Below, piece by piece: positions 9,048 to 18,474 of a stretch of DNA of 64,000 nt. Both the position numbers and the translations under genes were made by a program. The stretch's first letter is position 1; every line of letters starts with the position of its first letter. The DNA is from Planctomycetaceae bacterium (GTDB lineage Bacteria; Planctomycetota; Phycisphaerae; Sedimentisphaerales; Anaerohalosphaeraceae): positions 53,970 through 117,969 of the forward strand of contig JAJFTK010000139.1 of the NCBI GenBank assembly GCA_021372945.1. Reading direction: 5' to 3'. The notes beneath the pieces were generated by a model that had not been told where the DNA came from, did no database searches, and was given only the letters and a program-made list of their open reading frames with translations.

Positions 9048-10619
9048 TCACTTCCCCTCCGCCAGCCACATGGAGAAGAGCTGCTTGACCTGTTCGGGAT
9101 TGTCGCGAAGCTGCAGGGTGATCTGGTCGCGAATGAGGTTGACGGACTCCTCGCTGTTGCCGGCGGGCAGGAGTGCCGCCGCCCCGGCCCCCAGGGCATG
9201 CGCCCCGACTGCGGCGGCTTTATCCGCGGCGGCCTTCTTACCGGCGCCGGTAAAGATCTTAAGCACAAGGAGCGCACAAATAGCCAGGATGCCCATCGAA
9301 GACTGGCGGATGATCTCCAGGATCGGCGAGAGCTTTTCCAGCGTTGAGGGCTCTTGCAGCGTTACGGCTGCGGCGGGCCGATAAAAGGCGATATTTTTGA
9401 CGGACAGGTCCGAGTCCTTAAGCAGGTCGGAGCCGATGGCGGTGCGAACGATTTCCTTGACGTCCTCGATGCTCATGATCTCGGCGGGGGCGGCGGGCGC
9501 TTGCGCTTGCGGCTGCTCGCCCTGGGCCGCGTTTTCTGCGGCAGCGGCAGGCCGGGACAGGTCAGCGATCACGGAAACCGACCAGCCGAGGATCTTGCCG
9601 GGCACCGTCGATGTCGTGGTGGTCGTCTCGGGGATCTTGTTGGTGCTCTTGGTCGTACTGGTCTTTTCGGTATTGCTCCCGCCGGCCGTTTGGGGCTGGT
9701 CGGGGTTCTCTGAGGAAGATGGCGCAGCAGCCGTCGTGTTTGACGTCTCCTCCACCGTTTCCTCCATCGGGATTCCTTTTTCGTAGGTCGTCTTGGTAAC
9801 CGTCTCCTGCGTCATGTCCAGTTTGGCATTGGCAATTACGGTGGCCCGCCCGGGTCCCAGGACCATTTCCAGCGAATTCTGCAGGCGCTGGATCATATCC
9901 TGTTCGACCGCGGCCTTGTAATCTTTATAGCTGTTGGCGCCGGACACGAGCGGATTGCCCCCTGTTTGGCTGCTGAGCATGCGGCCGTTGCTGTCGGCGA
10001 CGGTCACATCCTGGGGCCTCAGGCCTTCGACCGAACCGGCGATCAGGTTGGCGATGGCCGTGACGGTCACGGGGCTCATTTGGAAGCCCGGCTGAAGCCG
10101 AAGCATCACGGAGGCGGACGCCTTTTTATCGTCGTTGGCGAACATCGTCTGATCCGGACGCACCAGGTGAACACGGGCAAACTCGACGCCTTCAAAGACC
10201 TGGATCGTGCGGGCCAGTTCGCCCTGCAAGGCGCGGTTATAATTCAGCTTCTGCACCAGCGGGCTGACCCCGAGCTTTTCGTTGTCAAATATCTCATAGC
10301 CCGGCTCGCCTTCTTTGGGCATGAGGCCTTCTTTGGCCAGGCCGGCTCGCAAGGTATAGACCTTTTCGGCGGGGACATAAATGCTCTTGCCGCCGTTGCG
10401 TAATTCGAACGGCACGCCCAATTCACTGACCTTGTCGCTGATGGCGCCGCTTTCCTCTTCGCCGAGGTTGCCGTAAAGAAGCCGCATATCCGGCAGCGAC
10501 GCCCACCGCGTCAGCATGACCCCCGTGATCGCACAGGCCATCACGATGGCGGCCAGCAGCGCCTTTTGCACCAGGCCGATCTTGCTCCACACCGTATTGA
10601 TTTGCTGAAAAAGTCCCAT
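9048..10619 (-). CDS. fliF: flagellar M-ring protein FliF
   Basis: 523 aa. N-terminal TM, LLYGNLGEEESGAISDKVSELGVPFEL, RVHLVRPDQTMF, C-terminal TM and a FliG-binding tail. Confidence 0.93.
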   Translation of the reverse strand: MGLFQQINTVWSKIGLVQKALLAAIVMACAITGVMLTRWASLPDMRLLYGNLGEEESGAISDKVSELGVPFELRNGGKSIYVPAEKVYTLRAGLAKEGLMPKEGEPGYEIFDNEKLGVSPLVQKLNYNRALQGELARTIQVFEGVEFARVHLVRPDQTMFANDDKKASASVMLRLQPGFQMSPVTVTAIANLIAGSVEGLRPQDVTVADSNGRMLSSQTGGNPLVSGANSYKDYKAAVEQDMIQRLQNSLEMVLGPGRATVIANAKLDMTQETVTKTTYEKGIPMEETVEETSNTTAAAPSSSENPDQPQTAGGSNTEKTSTTKSTNKIPETTTTTSTVPGKILGWSVSVIADLSRPAAAAENAAQGEQPQAQAPAAPAEIMSIEDVKEIVRTAIGSDLLKDSDLSVKNIAFYRPAAAVTLQEPSTLEKLSPILEIIRQSSMGILAICALLVLKIFTGAGKKAAADKAAAVGAHALGAGAAALLPAGNSEESVNLIRDQITLQLRDNPEQVKQLFSMWLAEGK

Positions 10620-10675
10620 ACTGTAAGATCCGAATTCCTAAATCCTACATCCTAAACGAAACTGGAATTTATAGA

Positions 10676-10984
10676 TTAAATTTGCATCCTCATGGTTTCC
10701 TTGTAGGCCTCAACCAGCTTGTTCCGCACGCCCACCAGCAGCTTGAAACTCATATCGGCCTTTGCCATTTCGGCCACGACCGAATTGACGTCCTGCTGTT
10801 TGCCGTTGAGCAGATCGACCACGGTCAGGTTGGCCTGGTTCTGCTGGTCATTGACCTTGTCAAACGACTGCTCGACGAGTTTGCCAAAATCGCCGGAGCC
10901 GCCGCTGGCGCCCGCCGGACGCAACGCATCGCTTTGTACCGAAGGCACGACATTGGGGGTGGATGGATTAAATTGGATGTTCAT
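10676..10984 (-). CDS. fliE: flagellar hook-basal body complex protein FliE
   Basis: 102 aa with C-terminal MAKADMSFKLLVGVRNKLVEAYKETMRMQI. Lies between flgC and fliF. Confidence 0.88.
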   Translation of the reverse strand: MNIQFNPSTPNVVPSVQSDALRPAGASGGSGDFGKLVEQSFDKVNDQQNQANLTVVDLLNGKQQDVNSVVAEMAKADMSFKLLVGVRNKLVEAYKETMRMQI

Positions 10985-10993
10985 GGGTCGGTC

Positions 10994-11401
10994 CTATTTT
11001 AATAGTTCGAGACTCGATTCGATCATGGTTTGATAACGCTTCAGGATGGCCGCGTTCGCCTGGTAGGCGCGGCTGGCGGCATTGAGCGTGATCATTTCCG
11101 TCGGCCAATCGACGTTCGGCATGGCCACATAACCGTTTGCGTCGGCGTCGGGGTGGCCGGGTTTGAGGATCCGCTGAAAGTCGCTGTTATCCTTGACGAT
11201 GTCCTTGATCTCGACGCCGCCGCCGCCTTCGTCAACCGCTTCAAACCGCGCGATCAGCCGACGGTAAGGCCGGCCGTCGCCGTTATCCGTGGTCTGCACA
11301 TTGGCCATGTTGGAGCCGACGACCTGCATCTGCCGGTTGTAGGCTTTCAGGCCGGATACCGCAATATCGATTGTGCCGAACATATTTGTGTCAATGTTCA
11401 T
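10994..11401 (-). CDS. flgC: flagellar basal-body rod protein FlgC
   Basis: 135 aa with IAVSGLKAYNRQMQVVGSNMANVQT and C-terminal MITLNAASRAYQANAAILK. Confidence 0.92.
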   Translation of the reverse strand: MNIDTNMFGTIDIAVSGLKAYNRQMQVVGSNMANVQTTDNGDGRPYRRLIARFEAVDEGGGGVEIKDIVKDNSDFQRILKPGHPDADANGYVAMPNVDWPTEMITLNAASRAYQANAAILKRYQTMIESSLELLK

Positions 11402-11411
11402 GGTTTAGTCC

Positions 11412-11771
11412 TTAGGGCGTTCTCATCGCGTCATCCATCTGCGTGTATTTTTTCTTGAGGACCAGCATGTACGTGCGGTGGCGAATCGAATTCTTGACCA
11501 GCTCGCCGACTTCGCTGTCCAGATTGACATCGCTGCCGTACTCGTTAATGCTCGTATTCAGTGGTTGAAAGGTCTCCACCTCCACCTTTTCAAGATCGAA
11601 GCTGCCATCCTGGCCCATGGCCTTCTGAAGGGCCTGTTCAAACTTGATGTCGGAGCGGCGAAAACCCTCGGTATTGATGTTGGCTACGTTATTGGCGATC
11701 GTCTGCTGACGAAGGCCCTCGGCCCGCAACCCTGCTTCGAGCAAATTGATGACCGTCGAATCCTGAATCAT
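11412..11771 (-). CDS. flgB: flagellar basal-body rod protein FlgB
   Basis: RQQTIANNVANINTEGFRR rod motif. Start placed at MIQDSTV (11771), preceded by GGAGA at 6-nt spacing. The ORF-track start at 11846 lies upstream of the sigma-54 promoter at 11823-11838. Confidence 0.88.
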   Translation of the reverse strand: MIQDSTVINLLEAGLRAEGLRQQTIANNVANINTEGFRRSDIKFEQALQKAMGQDGSFDLEKVEVETFQPLNTSINEYGSDVNLDSEVGELVKNSIRHRTYMLVLKKKYTQMDDAMRTP

Positions 11772-11822
11772 CCATGTTCTCCAAACGTCCGGCGTACGCA
11801 AAATGTCACACAGCCTAAAAAG

Positions 11823-11838
11823 AGCAACTCTTGTGCCA
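11823..11838 (-). promoter_or_regulatory. sigma-54 (-24/-12) promoter of the flgB operon
   Basis: Minus strand reads TGGCAC-aagag-TTGCT, an exact match to TGGCAC-N5-TTGCW. About 50 nt upstream of the flgB ATG. Confidence 0.75.
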
Positions 11839-12119
11839 GCCGTCAAAAATGCGGTTTACGCGTCGTTTTGACGGGTTTTGGCCATAGTGGGACCTTTGCG
11901 GACGACCAAACGTCTGGTTTTTAGACACAGGGTCAAAACCCGGATCATCGCCGCCTGGGCCGCGCTGCCGCGCCTGCAAAAAGGACTTTTTTTCCGGGTT
12001 CAAACGGTAATCCGTGCCTTCATTTTGCCGCGAAAACTTAGTGGAAGAATCCATAAAAGAACGTAAGGTATGAACACTAAACGCTTTATGGTCATTAACT
12101 TAATTCGGGACACGCTGCT

Positions 12120-12135
12120 TGGTATGTTTTTTGCA
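12120..12135 (+). promoter_or_regulatory. sigma-54-like promoter facing the fliK-like gene
   Basis: Plus strand reads TGGTAT-gtttt-TTGCA, with GG and GC at canonical spacing. Divergent from the flgB promoter, 282 nt away. Confidence 0.5.
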
Positions 12136-12184
12136 CACATTGAACGGATAAACTATGCAAGCGGTTCAATACGGGAGCAGAGCA

Positions 12185-13684
12185 ATGACCTGCAATATTC
12201 AATTAGGGATGTTGATCCCAAGACAGGCCCATCCGCAGGCCCAGGGACGTGAGAGAACTCAGAACGGCTGGGAAGGCGAAACTGAAGCCATAAACACGCC
12301 CGGCCAGGAGCCATTTTCAAAAGATGGCGCCCCCTTGGACACAAAGAAGAACACGTTTGACAAGGTGCTCAGCGAAAAACTCGAAAAGCCGATTGCCGCG
12401 GCAGCTGAACAGGTCGGGCAAGAAATGCCGCATGCTGTCATCGATCCGTTGATGTTTGCCCAAAACGCTCAAGCCGCTGCGGCTTGCGAGTTTTCGAATG
12501 CAGCGTTTGAAACCGGTCCGATGCTTTTGCAGGATCATGTGCCCGACGGCATGCAGATGGGTACCGCCGCAATGATCCCGGCCGCAGCAGAGCCGGTCTT
12601 GCCCACGAGAATTGCCGAGAAGGCGGCGGCTGACGTAATTCCCGAACAAGCAAAAGACACCGGTTTTTCGGCAGTGCTGAAGCAAAGGCCCGAGGCGGCC
12701 GACGGTCTGGAACCCGCTGCGGAGCAAGAGTCTGCGCCTTCGAACCTAAAGCTGGAGGTGCTGGCGGCAACCGAACCAAAGCCCGCGAAGACGGGCAGGC
12801 CGGAGCAGCTTGAACCCTCCACCCGGCAGGCCAAGCCGCCGCTGGAAAATATGCCTGCCCTGCCGGAAAAGGCGATTGCTAATACCGCCGATAAGCCTGC
12901 GGCGACTAATGCGCCGGTGTTTATCGCGCAGACCCAACCGGTATCGCAGAAAGTTCCTCAGATCGAACCGGCGGCCGCTGCGAATCCGTCGCTCAAAAAG
13001 ACGCTACAAAACAAGATGACGGCATCAACGGCCGGCAAGGATACATCCAAAACAGCCGCCGCTTTTGAATCGGCCGGCGGGCATACTGCCGCATTTGCAG
13101 TGCAGCACAAGCCGGAACTGAATATCACCGAAGCAAAGCTCACGGGCATTGAGAATGCTCAAGCCGTGCGGCCGCGGGCCGCCGATGCGATCGCCGCTTC
13201 AAGGCCCGCCGAGCAAATCGCCCAAAGCCTGCCGCCCGGGCCGGTGCAGGCCGGTCAGCAGATCCGGCTGACGTTGACGCCGCCGGAACTGGGAACCGTG
13301 CGGATCACGTTCCGCGAGCAGGACAGCGAGATCGTCGGTCTCGTAGAGGTGCAAAAATCGCAGACGCGGCAGGAGCTTGAGGAATCATTGCCGCAGCTTG
13401 TCTCGGCGATGCAAAATCAGGGCGTTGAGGTTCGCCGGATCGAGGTCGTGCAGTGGAACACGCCCCAACAGAACACGCGCGAGAATCTGTCCGAAAATTA
13501 CAGTCCCTCGGCGGAGCGCGAATTCATGCAGCAGGACAATGGTAATAGCAGCGAACGTTCTTCCAGGAACAGCGAATCGGGCCAGTCGGACGGATCGGGT
13601 GAGAATACCGGCAGCCAATTTGCAGCGAGCACGCCGCAGCAAAAGGAATGGTTCTCGGACAAGAGCCTGAATCTCTACATTTGA
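12185..13684 (+). CDS. fliK: flagellar hook-length control protein FliK-like
   Basis: P/A/Q-rich central region and a C-terminal Flg_hook-type domain (GQQIRLTLTPPELGTVRITFREQDSEIVGLVEVQKSQTRQELEESLPQLVSAM). Start uncertain: ATG 12185 has GGGAG at 7-nt spacing and lies downstream of the putative sigma-54 start site; the ORF track uses 12155. Confidence 0.75.
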   Translation: MTCNIQLGMLIPRQAHPQAQGRERTQNGWEGETEAINTPGQEPFSKDGAPLDTKKNTFDKVLSEKLEKPIAAAAEQVGQEMPHAVIDPLMFAQNAQAAAACEFSNAAFETGPMLLQDHVPDGMQMGTAAMIPAAAEPVLPTRIAEKAAADVIPEQAKDTGFSAVLKQRPEAADGLEPAAEQESAPSNLKLEVLAATEPKPAKTGRPEQLEPSTRQAKPPLENMPALPEKAIANTADKPAATNAPVFIAQTQPVSQKVPQIEPAAAANPSLKKTLQNKMTASTAGKDTSKTAAAFESAGGHTAAFAVQHKPELNITEAKLTGIENAQAVRPRAADAIAASRPAEQIAQSLPPGPVQAGQQIRLTLTPPELGTVRITFREQDSEIVGLVEVQKSQTRQELEESLPQLVSAMQNQGVEVRRIEVVQWNTPQQNTRENLSENYSPSAEREFMQQDNGNSSERSSRNSESGQSDGSGENTGSQFAASTPQQKEWFSDKSLNLYI

Positions 13685-13790
13685 ACTTTGAATGAACAGG
13701 GATTTTATCGGGCAAAAAACGGTTATCGTCCGAGAACTAGAGAAGCTTTAGAGAATCTTTGAAAAATTCCGGTTTTTGAAGGCCTTGCGC

Positions 13791-13817
13791 TTAAGTCACT
13801 GGCGATTCATTCGACAA
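13791..13817 (+). promoter_or_regulatory. weak sigma-28-like promoter upstream of the FlgM-like gene
   Basis: TTAA-N15-TTCGACAA, with the same spacing as the two flagellin promoters but only 5 of 8 matches in the -10 element. Confidence 0.3.
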
Positions 13818-13851
13818 TGAGTTTAACCAGGTATTGGAACCAGGAACAAGG

Positions 13852-14118
13852 ATGCAGGTCGAAGCATCAAATAACGTTTTGAATACTTCGTGGGTTAAGC
13901 CCGCCGCCGATGCGGCAGAGCACAAAACGCCCGCCTCCGAGGCGGTCATCACCGAGCTTGGCCGCACGTTTGCGCAAGCGCTGGAAGAGGCGCTCAAATC
14001 GCATGAAGCCGATCCCCAGCTTGTGCAGCAGGCACAATCCGACATGAGCAAAGGCGCGCTGGAAACACCGCAGGCCTTTGACAAGGCAGCCGAGAACATC
14101 CTCCTCTTCGGAATCTAA
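13852..14118 (+). CDS. small acidic protein, possible anti-sigma-28 factor FlgM
   Basis: 88 aa from ATG 13852 (AGGA RBS); the track's 13834 start is TTG. The C-terminal VQQAQSDMSKGALETPQAFDKAAENIL loosely matches the FlgM C-terminal helix pattern. Lies next to fliK. Confidence 0.4.
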   Translation: MQVEASNNVLNTSWVKPAADAAEHKTPASEAVITELGRTFAQALEEALKSHEADPQLVQQAQSDMSKGALETPQAFDKAAENILLFGI

Positions 14119-14137
14119 ATAAAGCCCTCGCCGCAGT

Positions 14138-15115
14138 TTAGCCGATTTCAAGCCCAAGGTCCGTGACCATCCGTACGTCCTCCTCAACCGCCCTTCCGGC
14201 GGTCGTCAGATAATTGCCGCTCAGGATGCTCGTGCAGCCCGCGTAAAAGATCCAGCTTTGCACGTCGCGCAGGTTCAGCACACGTCCGCCGGCCACCTTC
14301 AGATGCGTCCGCGGCAGAATGAACCGGTACAGCGCCACGATCCGCAGAATCTCGCGAGGCTTCAGCGTCTGCATTGTCCCCAGCGGCGTGCCGGCGATCG
14401 GATGCAGGAAATTCATCGGCACCGTGTCAACCTCAAGTCCCCTCAGCTCCAGCGCCATATCGATGCGGTCGGCCTCGGTCTCGCCAATGCCGAAGATCCC
14501 GCCGGCGCAAAGCCCCAGCCCCGCCTTCATCGCAGTCCGGATCGTTTTGACCCGTTCGCCATAAGTATGGGTGCTGACGATTTGGCTAAAATACCGCTCG
14601 CTCGTCTCAAGGTTATGATTGAATCGCTCCACTCCCGCCGCCGCCAGGCGCCCGATCGCCTCTTCGCTGACGATACCAAGCCCCATGCACACCCCGATGC
14701 CGCATTCCGAGCGGATGCGTTTCGTTAGCCCCGTCAGCCGTTCGATCTCGTCCGCGCTGACGCTGCGCCCGCTATAGACGATGCCATAATGCGGCACACC
14801 CTTCTTGGCGGCTTCCCTCGCCCCGGCCATGATCTCTTCATCGCTAAGCACCCGCGGCGTCTTATCGACCCCCGTGTCATAACGCACCGACTGCGCGCAG
14901 AACCCGCAATCCTGGCTGCACCCACCCAGACGTCCCGGCACGATCGAGCACATCTTGATTCGATTGCCGAAGTACTTCTTGCGGATCTCGTTGGCCCAAT
15001 ACAGCACATCATCCAAAAAGTCAGTCGATAGTCCGCTCAGCGTCTCGATATCGCTGCGCTCCAAAAGCTTGTTTGTAAGAACCTGCTCCGCAAAATGTCT
15101 TATCTGTTCATTCAC
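14138..15115 (-). CDS. bioB: biotin synthase BioB (radical SAM)
   Basis: CSQDCGFCAQ radical-SAM cluster motif, NHNLETSERYF, GLCAGGIFGIGETEADRIDM. GTG start overlapping the upstream stop (GTGAATGA). Confidence 0.92.
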   Translation of the reverse strand: MNEQIRHFAEQVLTNKLLERSDIETLSGLSTDFLDDVLYWANEIRKKYFGNRIKMCSIVPGRLGGCSQDCGFCAQSVRYDTGVDKTPRVLSDEEIMAGAREAAKKGVPHYGIVYSGRSVSADEIERLTGLTKRIRSECGIGVCMGLGIVSEEAIGRLAAAGVERFNHNLETSERYFSQIVSTHTYGERVKTIRTAMKAGLGLCAGGIFGIGETEADRIDMALELRGLEVDTVPMNFLHPIAGTPLGTMQTLKPREILRIVALYRFILPRTHLKVAGGRVLNLRDVQSWIFYAGCTSILSGNYLTTAGRAVEEDVRMVTDLGLEIG

Positions 15116-15668
15116 TTTTTATCTCTGAGCACTCTGTGGCCTCTGCGGCAAAAATCAAACCCACAGGTTTAGCGTAGTTTCGAAAATGCTCCGCTGCCAG
15201 TGTAACCGTCTGCCACTTGGGGCTGCGGCACTTCATCAGTTCCCGGTATCGCTGCAATTCGATAAAAAACATCACGTAGCGCCGGCCCTCATAATCATGG
15301 ATCGGCACCCCATCGTTTTCCACGTCCGGCAGCTCCAGCCGGAACACAAACACGAACACCGCCCGCGCCGCTGCTCTGGTCCGTGCGAAAACGGAAAGCC
15401 AATGCGACAGGGCCTCGACATCCTCGAACGTCACCCAACTATCCAACCCCCGGAGCCCAGCCAGGCTGCGGCCGTGAAAGGTCCGCCCCTTCAGTTCCAC
15501 AAGCACCGGCTCACTCGAATCGGGTCTCAGCACGAAATCGAAATTCTTGATGCTGTCGCCGCCGGAAGCCACGCGCTCGGTCTGCACCACCGACTCGTAA
15601 GCGATCTTCTGCTCGCGCAGCCAGCAGGCAAACGCCTGCTCGTAAATATTGACGCTCTCGGAAATCAT
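15108..15668 (-). CDS. HYExAFE-family-like protein with a PD-(D/E)XK-like core
   Basis: 186 aa. N-terminal IYEQAFACWL resembles the HYExAFE family signature. NFDFVL...VLVELKGR fits a D...ExK nuclease-fold motif. Confidence 0.6.
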   Translation of the reverse strand: MISESVNIYEQAFACWLREQKIAYESVVQTERVASGGDSIKNFDFVLRPDSSEPVLVELKGRTFHGRSLAGLRGLDSWVTFEDVEALSHWLSVFARTRAAARAVFVFVFRLELPDVENDGVPIHDYEGRRYVMFFIELQRYRELMKCRSPKWQTVTLAAEHFRNYAKPVGLIFAAEATECSEIKSE

Positions 15669-15733
15669 GTTGAATGCGCTTAATGAAACCTGCTCGTATT
15701 TTCAGGTGATCTGATTATACAGGCGGGAAGGCA

Positions 15734-16189
15734 TTAGATATAGAATTTTCCGGTGCTTTCCGGCTGGTAGAGGATATCGATAATTTGCATGCTTTCCAGG
15801 AACCGTTCGCCCACCCGCTTGCCGATCAACTCCAGCCCCAGCCCCGACAGCACCGAGTACTTGCGCTCCTTGCGATCGGCGTCGCGGGGATAAACCAGCG
15901 TAATGGTGAACTCGCTGCCCCGTTCGGACTGAACCCGCAGAACCGAATTCATCGTCACCAGGTCCCCGGGGACCTCTTTGCACGGGCAGACGCGGGCCCG
16001 CAAGAGCAATTGCCGCAGTTTGACCATCCGCTTGAGGCGTTTCTGGTAAGCCAGTTCCTGCTGGTGGGTCAAGATCGTCTGCAAGCGGTAATAATCGATC
16101 TTGGAAAGAATCCGCGGCGCATCTGCCGTCTTCTTAAGAAACCGCTGCCGAAACGCTTGCATTGGAAGCATGCTGAACAATCCGTCCAT
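15734..16189 (-). CDS. GreA/GreB-family regulator (Rnk-like)
   Basis: 151 aa. The C-terminal half (VTMNSVLRVQSERGSEFTITLVYPRDAD...YSVLSGLGLELIGKRVGE) matches the GreA/B C-terminal FKBP-like domain as found in Rnk. Confidence 0.7.
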   Translation of the reverse strand: MDGLFSMLPMQAFRQRFLKKTADAPRILSKIDYYRLQTILTHQQELAYQKRLKRMVKLRQLLLRARVCPCKEVPGDLVTMNSVLRVQSERGSEFTITLVYPRDADRKERKYSVLSGLGLELIGKRVGERFLESMQIIDILYQPESTGKFYI

Positions 16190-16317
16190 GGTCCCACCTC
16201 ACCATTTCCAAAAAAAGTCGAAAACGCGTCCTATCGGATCTAAACGTTTCACTTATAGTAGCGCAAACCCCGCGCCCCGTCAAGAAGCAGAACCGAAAAA
16301 TCAGCCGATTTTTGGAA

Positions 16318-17601
16318 TTATTTGAGCAGTTGGGCCGCCGGGATCGACTCCTGCGTCCCGCTGGACATGTCCCGCACCACCAGTTTGCCCTCGGCAGTCA
16401 GTTCCTGCCCCGCAATAATGCACTTGGCCGCCCCCAGAGCATCCGCCTGCTTGAGCTGCTTGCCCAAGGCGGCCGGCTTATAGCTGAAATCGCACGAAAA
16501 CCCTTTTTCCCGCAGGGCCGCCGTCACCTGCACCGCACGATCGAACAATCCCGCGTCCGCGTACGCCACAAAATAATCCAGCCGCTGGATGGGCAATGTA
16601 TCGTCCTTGAGCAAGCCCTTTTCGCGAAGCAGGATCTCCAGCACGCAGTCTCCCATCCCCATTCCCGTGGCGGTCATGTGCGGGCCGCCGAAATCGCTTA
16701 AGAGATTGTCATAGCGTCCGCCGCCGCAAATCGCGCGAAGTTCGCCCACGGCGTCATGCACCTCGAACACGATCCCGGTGTAATAGGCAAGCCCTCTGAC
16801 GATGCCCATATCAAAGCGGCAATACTCCCCCACCCCCATCAGGGTCAGCAGCGCAAACAACCGCGAAACCTCCTGCATGGCCTGCCGCGCCGCGTCATTC
16901 AATTCCACGATGCGGCCGATCTCCTCAACGGCATGCACGTTCATCAGCCGAATGATCGTTTGCACGGTCGCCGCGGAATCGATCTCCTTGTTGAGCATCT
17001 CCTCGAACGCCTCGGCGGGGATCTTGGGCTTTTTGTCCAGGATCGGGTAGATCGACGCGAGCCGCTCTTCGGCGATCCCGATATTCATGAGGACCGCCGC
17101 CAGCAGCCGCCGGCTGCTGATCCGGGCCGTGATATCGGCGCTGGTCAATCTCAGCGATCGCAGGTAATCCAGGCAGCAATAGATCACTTCCGCGTCCGCC
17201 AGAACGTCCTCAACCCCGATCACGTCGATGTTCCATTGAAAGAACTCGCGGAGTCTTCCCTTTTGCGGCCGCTCGGCCCGGCACAGCCGCGGCACCGAAA
17301 ACCACTTGATCGGGCGAGGCAGGCTGCTGATCTGCTGGTTCACCATCCGCGCCAGTGTCGGCGTGATCTCCGGCCGGATCGCCAGCCGCCGGCCGCCCCG
17401 GTCCTCGAAATTGAAAAGCTGCTCGACGATCTCGTCGCCGCTCTTGACCTGGTACATCTGCAGGTACTCGAAGATCGGCCCATCGTACTGGACGAACCCG
17501 CAGCGCTTTGACGCCGCCTTCCAGCCGTCAACGATAAAATTCCTCACCGCCATCTGCGGCGGATAAAAATCCCGCGTTCCTTTAACCGCTTGTATCTTCA
17601 T
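16318..17601 (-). CDS. hisS: histidine--tRNA ligase
   Basis: 427 aa. VKGTRDFYP, class II motifs (FRPEITPTLAR-like, RLCRAERPQKGRLREFFQ, GGGRYDNL) and a C-terminal anticodon-binding domain. Confidence 0.95.
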   Translation of the reverse strand: MKIQAVKGTRDFYPPQMAVRNFIVDGWKAASKRCGFVQYDGPIFEYLQMYQVKSGDEIVEQLFNFEDRGGRRLAIRPEITPTLARMVNQQISSLPRPIKWFSVPRLCRAERPQKGRLREFFQWNIDVIGVEDVLADAEVIYCCLDYLRSLRLTSADITARISSRRLLAAVLMNIGIAEERLASIYPILDKKPKIPAEAFEEMLNKEIDSAATVQTIIRLMNVHAVEEIGRIVELNDAARQAMQEVSRLFALLTLMGVGEYCRFDMGIVRGLAYYTGIVFEVHDAVGELRAICGGGRYDNLLSDFGGPHMTATGMGMGDCVLEILLREKGLLKDDTLPIQRLDYFVAYADAGLFDRAVQVTAALREKGFSCDFSYKPAALGKQLKQADALGAAKCIIAGQELTAEGKLVVRDMSSGTQESIPAAQLLK

Positions 17602-17839
17602 TACACCTGCACCTTTTGTGCTGCGACGTTTTTCGACTAGAACTTTTTATCCTGCCCTTTCAGGGCATTTATTCTTCTTTGGAATATCTTTCCCCCAGGG
17701 CGTTGCCCCCTCAATTCTTCGGGGCAGGCTCTGGGCTATATTACATCGACCTTTCAGGCCGTAAATTCGCTTTCTCAATCGCGTTAACGCTTACCATTAA
17801 TTAAATCCTAATCTGTATCATCTGCGTAATTCGTGGTTT

Positions 17840-18271
17840 CTATCTGGCGCGTTTGGCCTTCTTCGCCTCCAGTTTTTCAAACACCTTTTGACCGAATTTG
17901 ATCCGCATGTATTCTTCCATCTGCTTATCATCGGTAAACTGCATCTCGTATTCGTATCCGTCGCCTGTCAAGTCGCATCCATCGGTGTCATACTTGCGGC
18001 AGATATGGGGCCGAAGCTCGTAATTCAGACAATGGTAATCCATCTCGGACAGGTAGCGGCATTTGGTATGCACGTCCAGGTACCATTTGCCGTCTTCGAC
18101 GAAGACAGAGGTATCCTCATGGGATAAATACCATCGAATGTCATCAAATTCGTCCCAGTCGGTCGGCGTATCGATCTGCAAGGCGTAATACCGGCAGCAC
18201 TTTCCATTGCACTTTCGGCAGGCCTGGGTCACAGCCGACTTTTTACTGAGCGTTGCTTTCTTTCTTTTCAA
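17840..18271 (-). CDS. YkgJ-family cysteine-cluster protein
   Basis: 143 aa with CRKCNGKCCRYY (CxxCxxxCC) and further conserved Cys residues (CRYL, CLNY, HICRKY). Confidence 0.75.
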   Translation of the reverse strand: MKRKKATLSKKSAVTQACRKCNGKCCRYYALQIDTPTDWDEFDDIRWYLSHEDTSVFVEDGKWYLDVHTKCRYLSEMDYHCLNYELRPHICRKYDTDGCDLTGDGYEYEMQFTDDKQMEEYMRIKFGQKVFEKLEAKKAKRAR

Positions 18272-18398
18272 AGGACATTCCTTTTCGCTGTCTCATCCGT
18301 GATGTTGGTCCAAATCGTGCATTATAAAGAATCAAACGGCAAGGTCAAGTCCTTACAAATCCCAATCGTGAATATAGCGTTTGGCCGCATTTTACTGG

Positions 18399-18426
18399 TT
18401 GAATGAAATTCCGCGTTTGGTACAAT
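18399..18426 (+). promoter_or_regulatory. sigma-70-type promoter for the SGNH hydrolase gene
   Basis: TTGAAT-16 nt-TACAAT, about 50 nt upstream of ATG 18475. Confidence 0.45.
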
Positions 18427-18474
18427 ACCGCTAAGGGATTTACCAGAAGACGATGTTCAAATGAAAGTTGAATC

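Noticed and set aside
11815-12066. ORFs 11815-12054 (-) and 11878-12066 (+) in the flagellar intergenic region
   Set aside because: They sit between two divergent sigma-54 promoters and have no RBS or motifs. The region is better explained as regulatory DNA.
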